In this document: in pieces, positions 51,982 through 60,960 of the stretch
Numbering within the stretch: the first letter of the stretch is position 1
Layout: each line of letters starts with the position of its first letter
Source: Aeromicrobium sp.
GTDB taxonomy: Bacteria; Actinomycetota; Actinomycetes; Propionibacteriales; Nocardioidaceae
Reading direction: 5' to 3'
DNA length: 64,000 nt
NCBI RefSeq assembly: GCF_037719875.1
Contig: NZ_JBBJMJ010000009.1
Coordinates: 31,869-95,868, forward strand
The notes under the pieces: generated by a model
The model's input: the letters and a program-made list of their open reading frames with translations, nothing else
The model's database searches: none
Told to the model about the DNA's origin: nothing
Position numbers and translations under genes: made by a program

Positions 51982-52251
51982 CTAGGTCGCGCGCTGCTCG
52001 GTGATCTCGATCTGCACCGTGCGAATCGAGAAGAGCACCTTGTCGCGCAACGGCTCGGGCGCCACCTCGGTGCAGGACCGCGACACCAGCGACTTGACCA
52101 CGCGCTCGAGGTCGTACTCACCCAGGCAGCCGGAGCACTCGTCGATGTGCGACTGGATCTCGGCGCAGCTCGCGGTGTCGATCTCCTGGTCGATGAACAG
52201 ATAGAGGTTGTCCAGCGCCTTCTCGCAGTCCGGTCCGTCGCACTCGCTCAT
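51982..52251 (-). CDS. rsrA: Zinc anti-sigma factor RsrA/RshA
   Basis: CEKALDNLYLFIDQE, HIDECSGC (HxxxCxxC). Confidence 0.92.
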   Translation of the reverse strand: MSECDGPDCEKALDNLYLFIDQEIDTASCAEIQSHIDECSGCLGEYDLERVVKSLVSRSCTEVAPEPLRDKVLFSIRTVQIEITEQRAT

Positions 52252-52334
52252 TTCGTCACCGCCCCGGAAAAGGCACAGTGGGACGACGACGAAATGATCG
52301 CAGCCACAAGATTCACTCGCTGGCGCTCGCTCAT
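52248..52334 (-). repeat. 83-bp relay element copy B; mini-[31 protein letters not shown]
   Basis: ATGA overlaps with sigR stop and rsrA start; ATGAGCGAG duplicated at both ends; 18-bp hairpin over rsrA ATG. Confidence 0.85.
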
Positions 52335-52960
52335 GGCTTGTCACCGGCTCCGGTGACGGCCATGCCGCGATCACGCGCGTAGTCGGAGAGCATCTCGCGG
52401 AGCATACGGCGACCACGGTGCAGCCGCGACATGACGGTGCCGATCGGCGTGTCCATGATCTCGGCGATCTCCTTGTAGGGAAATCCTTCGACATCGGCAA
52501 GATAGACCGCGTAGCGGAAGTCGTCGGGCAACGCCTGAAGCGCATCCTTGACGTCGCTGTCAGGGAGGTGCTCGAGCGCCTCCATCTCGGCGGACTTGAG
52601 GCCGCTCGACCCGTGGGACTCCGCACGGGCGATCTGCCAGTCCTCGATCTCATTGGTGACCTGCTGCGGCTGACGCTGCTTCTTGCGGTAGGAGTTGATG
52701 TAGGTGTTGGTCAGGATGCGATAGAGCCAGGCCTTGAGATTGGTCCCGGGCCTGAACTGGTGGAACGCGCTGAACGCCTTGGCGAACGTCTCCTGGACGA
52801 GGTCCTCCGCGTCGTGCGGGCTGCGGGTCATGCGCAGCGCGGCGGAATAGAGCTGGTCGAGGAAGGGCAGGGCATCGGCCTCGAAGCGGGCCTGCTGCTG
52901 CTCCGGGGTCTCGGTCTCGCGCGGGTCGGCGCTCTCGGGGGTTTCGCCGGTGACGGTCAT
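52331..52960 (-). CDS. sigR: ECF sigma factor SigR/SigH
   Basis: [35 protein letters not shown]; longer isoform possible from ATG 53044. Confidence 0.93.
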   Translation of the reverse strand: MTVTGETPESADPRETETPEQQQARFEADALPFLDQLYSAALRMTRSPHDAEDLVQETFAKAFSAFHQFRPGTNLKAWLYRILTNTYINSYRKKQRQPQQVTNEIEDWQIARAESHGSSGLKSAEMEALEHLPDSDVKDALQALPDDFRYAVYLADVEGFPYKEIAEIMDTPIGTVMSRLHRGRRMLREMLSDYARDRGMAVTGAGDKP

Positions 52961-53062
52961 CGCCTCCAAGCCTACTCCCGGCTCCGGGGGCCTGCTGAGG
53001 GGCGTGATCGACCTCTCGGCACCATGTTGTGCATATGTGAGCATCTGACCTCCTGAGGGGTT

Positions 53063-53089
53063 CAACCGCCAGGAGGGGCCCGCTATTCC
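53063..53089 (-). promoter_or_regulatory. SigR-dependent autoregulatory promoter
   Basis: GGAAT-18nt-GTTG upstream of AGGAGG and ATG 53044. Confidence 0.8.
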
Positions 53090-53814
53090 GGTGGCAGCGG
53101 GACGATCAGCTCGGGCCCGTTGTTGCGCACGTTGTTGACCGCGGTCGACACCGCGAACGCGTCGAGCCGACCGGGGGCGGCCGGGATGAGGAGCTCGAGA
53201 AGCTCGTCGGTCGGACGTGGAGCGGGATCGAGCCAGGCATCGAACGCCTGCTTCTCGAGGAACAACGGCATCCGATCGTGCACGTGGCCGAGGTCGTCCT
53301 CGGCGGTCGTGGTCAGGATCGTGAAGCTCGTGACCCACTCATCGGACTCGCGGTCCTTCCAGAACTCGTAGAGCCCGGCCATCGCGAGCATCGACTGGTC
53401 CTTGGGGGTGATGTAGAACGGCTGCTTCTTGGGCTTCGCCTCACCCTCACGAGGTTCCCCGGCGTACCACTCGTAGTAGCCGTCGGCCGGCAGGAGCCCC
53501 CGTCGTCTGGCGAACGCCTTTTTGAACGCCGGCTTCTCAGCGGCGGTCTCGGTGCGCGCGTTGATCATCCGGTTGCCGATCGACGGATCCTTGGCCCAGC
53601 TCGGGATGAGTCCCCACCGCGCCGTCATCAGCTCACGCTGTGGTGGCGCGGCGGCGGCGAGCTCTGGGGGACGTCGCCCGATGACCAACGGCGCGAGCTT
53701 GGTCGGCGCCATGTTGTAGTCCGCCTCGAGCTCCACGAAGGAGTTGGCGAGGTCGACCTCGAAAGCCCGGTTGAGCGACGCCGAGGTCTGGGTCGTTGCG
53801 TAGCGCCCACACAT
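53083..53814 (-). CDS. SOS response-associated peptidase (SRAP/YedK)
   Basis: [29 protein letters not shown]. Confidence 0.93.
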   Translation of the reverse strand: MCGRYATTQTSASLNRAFEVDLANSFVELEADYNMAPTKLAPLVIGRRPPELAAAAPPQRELMTARWGLIPSWAKDPSIGNRMINARTETAAEKPAFKKAFARRRGLLPADGYYEWYAGEPREGEAKPKKQPFYITPKDQSMLAMAGLYEFWKDRESDEWVTSFTILTTTAEDDLGHVHDRMPLFLEKQAFDAWLDPAPRPTDELLELLIPAAPGRLDAFAVSTAVNNVRNNGPELIVPLPPE

Positions 53815-53853
53815 GTCGCCCAGCCTATGCCGCAGGACCGACAGGGTGGGAGG

Positions 53854-54507
53854 TCATTCCGAGAGGCCGGCCAGCACCTGGGCGACGCCGTCTGCAGAGC
53901 TCGGCAGGTGCTCGACCCACAACCGCGGTCGCTGACATCCGCCCAGTGCCCGTTCGAGCAGCATGCCGAGCAGACTGATCGTGAGCACGTCGGTGCGGTC
54001 GGAGCGGACAAGTGCTGCGAATCGCCGGGGTGAGACCTGGGCGACCGTCTCGTCACCGGTGAACACGGCCCGCATAGCCTCTGCCACCTCGAGCGCCCGC
54101 AGTGAGACCTCCAGCTCGTGACCGACCCGGCCGCGGGGCAGCTCGACGACCACGAGTGCACTCGTCTCGGCGACCCGGCGCCCAGAACACTCTGCTCCCC
54201 GATAGATCTCGGCGAGTCGGGACCGGACGTGCGGCATCGTGGCCAGTGACGTCAACGGGTCCTCGCACGACACATCAGCACGGAGGATCAAGGCATGATC
54301 GGCCCAGGCGAGGGCGGCTGCGCGGGTCGCCGCGAACGACGGATCCCGCCCGGCATACGCCCGCTCCACGTGATCCATGACCTCGTGGAGCGGGATGCCC
54401 AACTGTGCTGCACTCGCTCCCACCTCGTGTGCAACATCAGCGATGTCCAGCCGGCCGTCCCGGACGGCGTCCTCCAGGAGCGCAACGTTCAAGCCCGAGC
54501 CGAACAT
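53854..54507 (-). CDS. Degenerate GGDEF-like protein
   Basis: RBS AGGGAG; EDPLTSL motif but no GG(D/E)EF. Confidence 0.6.
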   Translation of the reverse strand: MFGSGLNVALLEDAVRDGRLDIADVAHEVGASAAQLGIPLHEVMDHVERAYAGRDPSFAATRAAALAWADHALILRADVSCEDPLTSLATMPHVRSRLAEIYRGAECSGRRVAETSALVVVELPRGRVGHELEVSLRALEVAEAMRAVFTGDETVAQVSPRRFAALVRSDRTDVLTISLLGMLLERALGGCQRPRLWVEHLPSSADGVAQVLAGLSE

Positions 54508-54633
54508 GTGATGCTCCCTTCGCGATCGGACAGGAATGAGACGGATCAACCGGAGGCTCATGACGCGATTGCGGGAGGGCCATTCGTGACCGCACCGTGG
54601 CTGCATCGTTGTGCCTCTCGGAGGAGTCACGAG

Positions 54634-56247
54634 ATGTCGAACACGCGCAGGGCAGAGCTCGAGTCGAGCGACGCCGAGCTGATCGGCGCCGTGCGCGATG
54701 GTGGGACCGAAGCCTACGGCGAGCTGTTCGGCCGTCACCGGGATGCCGCGACTCGCCTGGCGCGCCAGCTGGTGCGCGGGCCCGATGCCGACGACCTGGT
54801 CGCCGAGGCATTCGTCCGCGTCCTCACCGTGCTGCAGTCCGGCCGAGGGCCCGACGAGTTCTTCCGCGCCTATCTCCTGTCGTCGATCAGGCGGTTGCAC
54901 ATCGACCGCGTCCGCCATGAGAAGAGGGTCATCCCGACTGCTGACGACGATGCGCTGGATCGCACTGTCGAGTTCGTCGACCCCGCAGAGATGCGGTTCG
55001 ACCAGCGCGCAGCGGCAGAGGCCTATGCATCGCTCCCCGAGCGCTGGCAGCTCGTCCTGTGGCACCTCGATGTCGAGGGCCACAAGCCCGCGGACATCGC
55101 CCCACTGCTCGGAATGAGCGCTAACAGCGTCTCGGCGCTCGCATATCGAGCACGCGAGGGGTTGCGCCAGGCATATCTGCAGGGCCAGCTCGCCCCCAGC
55201 CTGCATGCCAGCTGCCGCACAGCCATCGGGATGCTCGGTGCGTACGTGCGCAAGGGCCTGTCCCATCGCGACACTGTCCGGGTCGAGTCGCACCTCGACG
55301 AGTGCACCCGGTGCACGGGCCTCCAGCTCGAGCTGTCCGAGATCAACTCCCACCTCTCCGGCATCCTCGGCCCGGCGCTGCTCGGTTCGCTTGCTGGCGG
55401 CTACCTGAGTGGCAGTGGTGCCGCCGCGCTCGCCGGTACGGGGGCCGCGGTCGGCTCCAAGGGTGTCATCGGTACAGCCATCGAGTCGGTCCTCGCTCCG
55501 GTCAAGATCGTCGGTGCCACCGCCGCCGGAGCCAGCACGCAGGGCATCGCCGCGGTCGCTGTCGTCATCGCGGTCGCAGCGGTGGGCACGGTCGCAGTGA
55601 CCGCCGATCGAGGCGCGCCGGCAAGGGAGGAACCGCGGGTCTCAGGCTCGCGCGACAGTCCCGCACCCACGACTCCCGCGCCCACGACGTCAGAGCCGAC
55701 GCAGGCTCGACCAGAGCCCACCGTGACAGCTCCCGCGCAGACGCCGTCGCCGACGACATCACCCGATCCCGATCCAGTGAAGCCGAACCTCGAGGTCACC
55801 CCGCCACGAGCTGAGCTGCCAGAGCCGCTCGGGAGCGGAACCGGGATCGCGGTGCGGCCGAGCCAGCCGACCGACTACGCGATCTCGGCCGTCCAGATCA
55901 CACGTGAAAGCTTCCTGCAGCGGCTCTTCGAGATCACGATCCGTGCCGACAATCCCGGCCGAGCCAAGCCCCAGACGGTGACCGTCATGCTGGCGTTCGA
56001 CCACCGGGTCCGGTTCCGGGGCGCGCTCAGCGCCGCGTGGGATTGTGGTCCGGTCGTACGCAACCAGAGCCTGCGCACCCTGTCGTGCTCGCGCCGACTC
56101 GATGCAGGAGAGGGGACGACCTTCGACTTCAGGGTCAGGGGGTTGGAATCCAGCGGCACCGTCACGGTCAGCGCGGTCGACGATCCAGTCGCGGACAACA
56201 ACTCGGTCACCTTCGGCCCCGGCCCCGGCCTCTGGCCGACGGCTTGA
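54634..56247 (+). CDS. ECF sigma factor fused to zinc anti-sigma motif, TM helix and extracellular domain
   Basis: sigma2 (ADDLVAEAF), sigma4 (ALAYRAREGL), HLDECTRC, TM, P/T linker; RBS GGAGGAG. Confidence 0.85.
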   Translation: MSNTRRAELESSDAELIGAVRDGGTEAYGELFGRHRDAATRLARQLVRGPDADDLVAEAFVRVLTVLQSGRGPDEFFRAYLLSSIRRLHIDRVRHEKRVIPTADDDALDRTVEFVDPAEMRFDQRAAAEAYASLPERWQLVLWHLDVEGHKPADIAPLLGMSANSVSALAYRAREGLRQAYLQGQLAPSLHASCRTAIGMLGAYVRKGLSHRDTVRVESHLDECTRCTGLQLELSEINSHLSGILGPALLGSLAGGYLSGSGAAALAGTGAAVGSKGVIGTAIESVLAPVKIVGATAAGASTQGIAAVAVVIAVAAVGTVAVTADRGAPAREEPRVSGSRDSPAPTTPAPTTSEPTQARPEPTVTAPAQTPSPTTSPDPDPVKPNLEVTPPRAELPEPLGSGTGIAVRPSQPTDYAISAVQITRESFLQRLFEITIRADNPGRAKPQTVTVMLAFDHRVRFRGALSAAWDCGPVVRNQSLRTLSCSRRLDAGEGTTFDFRVRGLESSGTVTVSAVDDPVADNNSVTFGPGPGLWPTA

Positions 56248-56292
56248 CCTACCCGGGGTTGCCTCAGCGCACAGGTCCGGTATGAATGAACC

Positions 56293-56778
56293 ATGACCCT
56301 CCTGCGTACGGTGGCCCGCCCGATGCTCGCCTCGATGTTCGTCTACGGGGGCGCCCAGGCGCTCAAGGATCCCGGTCCCCGCGCGGCCAAGGCCCAACCG
56401 GCCGCCGACCTGATCAAGAAGTTCGCGCCCGAGCTGCCGGTCAACGGTTCCAACCTGACCCGCCTCAACGGGGCTGCCCAGCTCGCCGGCGGCCTTGCCC
56501 TCGCGACCGGCCGGTTCCCGCGTCTGGCTGCCTTTGCCCTTGCTGCGACGTTGCCCCCCACGACTCTGGCTGGTCACCAGTACTGGAACGAGACCGACCC
56601 CGGGGCACGGGCCAATCAGCGCATCCACTTCCTGAAGAACGTCTCGATGACCGGCGGGCTCCTGATGGCGACACTTGACCCCGAGCCCCACAAGAAGTTC
56701 ATCGGCCGACGCGCCAAGGACAAGGTCTCCGAGGCCGCGTCGTCCGTCGCCGACCAGATCGATCACCTCCGCGGCTGA
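56293..56778 (+). CDS. DoxX family membrane protein
   Basis: ARPMLASMFVYGG, TLAGHQYW, FLKNVSMTGGLL. Confidence 0.85.
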   Translation: MTLLRTVARPMLASMFVYGGAQALKDPGPRAAKAQPAADLIKKFAPELPVNGSNLTRLNGAAQLAGGLALATGRFPRLAAFALAATLPPTTLAGHQYWNETDPGARANQRIHFLKNVSMTGGLLMATLDPEPHKKFIGRRAKDKVSEAASSVADQIDHLRG

Positions 56779-56799
56779 CGCGCCGATAGGCTGGCAGCA

Positions 56800-58086
56800 A
56801 TGACTGCCCCACTGCCTTGGCTCGCCCCCTTCCGCGACTCACCCTTCGAGGGTCAGGTGCTGGTCCCCGGATCCAAGTCGCTGACCAACCGCGTCCTGAT
56901 CCTCGCCGCGCTCGCCGACGGGCCCTCGGTGCTCACGCGGCCGCTGGGATCGCGTGACACCAACCTGATGCTCGCGGCACTCACGGCACTGGGCGCCACG
57001 ATCGAGCGCGATGGCACGACGTGGACCGTCACGCCTTCCGCGTGGGACCGCACCGAGGCCACCGAGGTGGACTGCGGGCTGGCCGGCACGGTCATGCGGT
57101 TCGTCCCGGCGGTCGCCGCAATCGGCCGGGCGCCTGTGACATTCGACGGTGACGAGCACGCCCGCGTACGCCCCATGGGCACCACGATCGCGACCCTGCG
57201 CGACCTTGGTGTCGAGATCGACGATGGTGGACGCGGCGCCCTGCCGTTCACCGTTCACGGCGCGGGACAGGTAGTCGGCGGCCAGCTCGAGATCGATGCC
57301 TCCGCGTCCAGCCAGTTCGTCTCGGCCCTGCTGCTGGCCGGGTCGCACTTCGACAAGGGTCTGGAGCTCCGGCACGTCGGCACGGCACTTCCCTCGATGC
57401 CGCACGTCGACATGACGGTCGCCGAGCTCCGCCGTCGCGGCGTCCACGTCGAGACCGACGGGCCCAACAGCTGGTACGTCCACCCGGGACCGATCGGCGC
57501 CCTCGACGTCGAGATCGAGCCCGACCTGTCCAATGCCGGAGTCTTCATCGCCGCCGCGCTCGTCACCGGCGGGTCGGTCCGGATCCGCAACTGGCCCGAG
57601 AAGACCGACCAGGCCGGCGATGCGTGGCGCACGATCGCCCCGGCGTTCGGTGGCACGGCCGATCGCGACGGCGCCGATCTGGTGTTCCGCGCCGGCGCGA
57701 CGCTGAACGGCGTCGAGCTCGACCTGCACGACGTCGGCGAGCTGACCCCGGTCATCGCTGCCATCGCCGCCCTGTCCGGCGGGCCGTCGAGCCTGACCGG
57801 CATAGCTCATCTGCGAGGGCACGAGACTGATCGGCTCAAGGCCATCGTGACCGAGGTCAACCGTCTGGGCGGCGATGCCGAGGAGCTGGCAGACGGCCTC
57901 CTGATCCGCCCCCGCCCACTACGAGGCGGGACGTTCCACACCTACGACGACCACCGGATGGCCCACGCGGGCGTGGTCCTCGGCCTGCGTGTGCCAGAGC
58001 TGTTCGTCGAGAACGTCGTCACGACGGTCAAGACCTATCCCAACTTCGCCCCGGTCTGGGAGCGCTTGATGATGAAGAACACGTAG
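56800..58086 (+). CDS. aroA: EPSP synthase
   Basis: PGSKSLTNR, GLAGTVMRF, ASSQFVS, RGHETDR, DHRMA. Confidence 0.97.
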   Translation: MTAPLPWLAPFRDSPFEGQVLVPGSKSLTNRVLILAALADGPSVLTRPLGSRDTNLMLAALTALGATIERDGTTWTVTPSAWDRTEATEVDCGLAGTVMRFVPAVAAIGRAPVTFDGDEHARVRPMGTTIATLRDLGVEIDDGGRGALPFTVHGAGQVVGGQLEIDASASSQFVSALLLAGSHFDKGLELRHVGTALPSMPHVDMTVAELRRRGVHVETDGPNSWYVHPGPIGALDVEIEPDLSNAGVFIAAALVTGGSVRIRNWPEKTDQAGDAWRTIAPAFGGTADRDGADLVFRAGATLNGVELDLHDVGELTPVIAAIAALSGGPSSLTGIAHLRGHETDRLKAIVTEVNRLGGDAEELADGLLIRPRPLRGGTFHTYDDHRMAHAGVVLGLRVPELFVENVVTTVKTYPNFAPVWERLMMKNT

Positions 58087-58100
58087 AGACGCATGCTGAC

Positions 58101-58353
58101 ATGAGAGAGCGCCAGCGAGCGACCAACAACACAGCGCTCATGCCTCCACGTCCGTACCGTGGGCCTTCGACGGTCGGGGTGGCATGAGAGAGCGCCAGCG
58201 AGCGACCAACAGCACAGCGCTCATGCCTCCACGTCCGTACCGTGGGCTTTCGACGGTCGGGGTGGCATGACAGAGCGCCAGCGAGCGACCAACAGCACAG
58301 CGCTCATGCCTCCACGTCCGTACCGTGGGCTTTTGACGGTCGGGGTGGCATGA
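58101..58353 (+). repeat. Three tandem 83-bp relay elements (copies C1-C3) in front of rsgA
   Basis: Units start at 58101, 58184, 58267; each is a 28-codon ORF M(R/T)ERQRATN(N/S)TALMPPRPYRG..TVGVA ending in ATGA at the next start; last overlaps rsgA ATG 58350. Confidence 0.92.
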
Positions 58354-59339
58354 GAGAGCGCGACGACGAGCACACGCAGTTCGAGCGGCCGCGTCGGCAC
58401 ACCAAGCCACGCACCAAGGTCAGGCCCAACTACGACGACGCCGACACCGCGCGGGTCGTGACGATCGACCGTGGCCGCTACACCGTGACGCTCGACGAGG
58501 ACGGCCGAACCCTCACCGCGATGAAGTCGCGCAACCTCGGCCGCAAGGGTGTCATCGTCGGCGACGAGGTCAAGGTCGTCGGAGACGTCACCGGCGACAC
58601 GGGTTCGCTGGCGCGGATCGTCGAGGTCCACCCGCGGCGGACCGTGCTGCGCCGGACTGCCGATGACGACGACCCCATCGAGCGCATCATCGTCGCCAAC
58701 GCCGATCAGCTCGTGATCGTCGCCGCGCTGGCCGATCCCCCGCCCCGCGCCGGGCTGATCGACCGTTGTCTGGTCGCCGCGTTCGACGCCGGCATGGAGC
58801 CGCTCGTGTGCCTGACAAAAGCCGACCTCGGCTCGCCCGCCGAGCTCGTCGCGATGTTCGAGCCGCTGGGCGTACGCGTCGTGGTCACACGGCGCGACGG
58901 TGAGCTGGACGCCATCCGCGATGCCCTGCGCAATCGGGTCAGCGTGCTCGTCGGCCACAGCGGTGTCGGCAAGTCGACCCTGGTCAACGCCCTGGTGCCG
59001 GACGCCAACCGCTCGGTCAGCTATGTCAATGCGGTGACCGGGCGCGGGCGTCACACCTCGACGTCGGCGATCAGCCTCGAGCTGCCGTTCGGCGGCTGGA
59101 TCATCGACACCCCCGGGATCCGGTCGTTCGGCCTCGCACACGTGCAGATCGACGACCTCATCCGGGCGTTCCCCGACCTGCAGGATGCGGCCCGGCACTG
59201 CCCCCGGGGGTGCCTGCACTCGGCGACCGAGCCGGAGTGCGCGCTCGACATCGCGATGGCCGACGGGGGCCTGGCGCCGGAGCGGGTCGAGTCGTTCCGG
59301 CGCATCCTCGCGAGCATGAACCACAAGGACGACTACTGA
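58350..59339 (+). CDS. rsgA: Ribosome small subunit-dependent GTPase A
   Basis: TKAD, GHSGVGKST, GRHTST, DTPG, CPRGCLH...C. Confidence 0.95.
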   Translation: MRERDDEHTQFERPRRHTKPRTKVRPNYDDADTARVVTIDRGRYTVTLDEDGRTLTAMKSRNLGRKGVIVGDEVKVVGDVTGDTGSLARIVEVHPRRTVLRRTADDDDPIERIIVANADQLVIVAALADPPPRAGLIDRCLVAAFDAGMEPLVCLTKADLGSPAELVAMFEPLGVRVVVTRRDGELDAIRDALRNRVSVLVGHSGVGKSTLVNALVPDANRSVSYVNAVTGRGRHTSTSAISLELPFGGWIIDTPGIRSFGLAHVQIDDLIRAFPDLQDAARHCPRGCLHSATEPECALDIAMADGGLAPERVESFRRILASMNHKDDY

Positions 59340-59388
59340 CCGTGTGCCCACCGTCGTTTTGGGCTGCGAACGCCGTACTCTGAGGGTC

Positions 59389-60306
59389 ATGGCTCACTCG
59401 TACAACGACGATCTGCGCCTCGCTCACGTGCTCGCCGACAACGCCGACAACCTGTCGATGGACCGTTTCGGCGCGATCGACCTGCAGGTCGACACCAAGC
59501 CCGACATGACTTACGTGACCGAGTCCGACGAGGCCGTCGAAGCCGCCATCCGGCGCACCCTCAAGTCCGCCCGCACCCGCGACATCGTGCTGGGCGAGGA
59601 GCACGGCGAGGTCGAGGGGTCGGGCGGCGCCGGTGGTCGTCGCTGGATCGTCGACCCGATCGACGGCACCGCCAACTTCGTCCGCGGCGTGCCCGTGTGG
59701 GCGACCCTGATCGCGCTCGAGGAGGACGGTGAGATCATCGCCGGCTGCGTGTCGGCACCAGCCCTCGGCCGCCGCTGGTGGGCCAGCAAGGGAACCGGCG
59801 CCTACACCGGCAAGTCGCTCATGGCCTCCCGCGAGATCCGGGTCTCCCGGGTCTCCGACCTCGGCAGCTCCTCTCTCTCTTATGCCTCGATGGGCGGCTG
59901 GGATGCCATCGGCAAGGGTGAGGCCTTCGCCGCGTTGATGCGTCGCTGCTGGCGCACGCGCGCCTACGGCGACTTCTGGTCCTACATGCTGCTCGCCGAG
60001 GGCGCGGTCGACATCGCCGCCGAGCCCGAGCTTAAGGTCTGGGACATGGCCGCGCTCGACATCGTGGTCCGTGAGGCCGGTGGCACGTTCACCAGCCTTG
60101 CCGGTCAGCCCGGGCCGTGGGGTGACAACGCGCTGGCCACCAACAGCCGTCTGCACGACGCTGCCATGGCCTATCTCGGGCACTTCCCCGACCAGGGCCC
60201 GCCCGACCCGTCGTGGACCGACGAGCCCGAGGACGACGTCAGGTCAGAGCCGGACAACGTACGCAGCTTCGACTTCACCCGAGAGCAGGCCGAAGACGCG
60301 CCCTGA
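59389..60306 (+). CDS. hisN: Histidinol-phosphatase (IMPase family)
   Basis: KPDMTYVT, GEE, DPIDGT, RTRAYGDF, WDMAA; leaderless TACTCT-7nt-ATG. Confidence 0.92.
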   Translation: MAHSYNDDLRLAHVLADNADNLSMDRFGAIDLQVDTKPDMTYVTESDEAVEAAIRRTLKSARTRDIVLGEEHGEVEGSGGAGGRRWIVDPIDGTANFVRGVPVWATLIALEEDGEIIAGCVSAPALGRRWWASKGTGAYTGKSLMASREIRVSRVSDLGSSSLSYASMGGWDAIGKGEAFAALMRRCWRTRAYGDFWSYMLLAEGAVDIAAEPELKVWDMAALDIVVREAGGTFTSLAGQPGPWGDNALATNSRLHDAAMAYLGHFPDQGPPDPSWTDEPEDDVRSEPDNVRSFDFTREQAEDAP

Positions 60307-60383
60307 GCGCGGGTCTCACACCCTCGCGTTCGCCCACCTGCAGGACTACGCTGCGATGAACTGACCGAAGGAGTGTGTCCCGT

Positions 60384-60815
60384 ATGCGCGTGAGCGATGT
60401 CCTGGCTTCCAAGGGAAGCGATGCCGTCTACACCATCACCCCGGATTCGACCGTCCGCGAGCTCCTGGACGTGCTGGCCGACCACAACGTCGGTGCGCTG
60501 GTCGTGAGCGATGACGGCAAGGCGATGCTGGGCATCGTGTCCGAGCGGGACATCGTCCGCAAGCTCCGAACCGCCGACAACGCACGTGACATGACGGTCG
60601 CCGAGATCATGACGACCGACGTCCAGCTCTGTGGGCCGGAGGACTCCTTCGGCGGCCTCATGGCGATCATGACCGAGCACCGCGTCCGCCACATCCCGGT
60701 GCTCGACGACGGCGTCCTGGTCGGAGTCGTCAGCATCGGCGATGCGGTCAAGTACCGCATGGAGCAGCTCGAGTTCGAGCGCGACCAGCTCAACAACTAC
60801 GTCGCCGGTGGCTGA
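60384..60815 (+). CDS. CBS-domain protein
   Basis: GIVSERDIV, RVRHIPV, SIGD; RBS AAGGAG. Confidence 0.9.
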   Translation: MRVSDVLASKGSDAVYTITPDSTVRELLDVLADHNVGALVVSDDGKAMLGIVSERDIVRKLRTADNARDMTVAEIMTTDVQLCGPEDSFGGLMAIMTEHRVRHIPVLDDGVLVGVVSIGDAVKYRMEQLEFERDQLNNYVAGG

Positions 60816-60836
60816 CCCCGGCCAGTGATGCACACT

Positions 60837-60867
60837 GTGCCCGGCCCCCGCTCTGGAGGCCGGGCAC
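60837..60867 (+). terminator. Hairpin after the CBS gene
   Basis: GTGCCCGGCC/GGCCGGGCAC + TTCT. Confidence 0.65.
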
Positions 60868-60907
60868 TTCTGCGTCGTTCGCCTTCTCTATCTTGACTAT
60901 CGACCCA

Positions 60908-60937
60908 TTGACGATATATCGTTTAACTATCGATAGT
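60908..60937 (+). promoter_or_regulatory. PadR promoter with two perfect 12-bp palindromes
   Basis: ACGATATATCGT (60911-22) and ACTATCGATAGT (60926-37) overlapping TTGACG-18-GATAGT. Confidence 0.7.
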
Positions 60938-60960
60938 GTATCTAGAAGGTGGGTATCCCC

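Noticed and set aside
58101-58349. CRISPR array
   Set aside because: Whole 83-bp units repeat with no unique spacers; no cas genes
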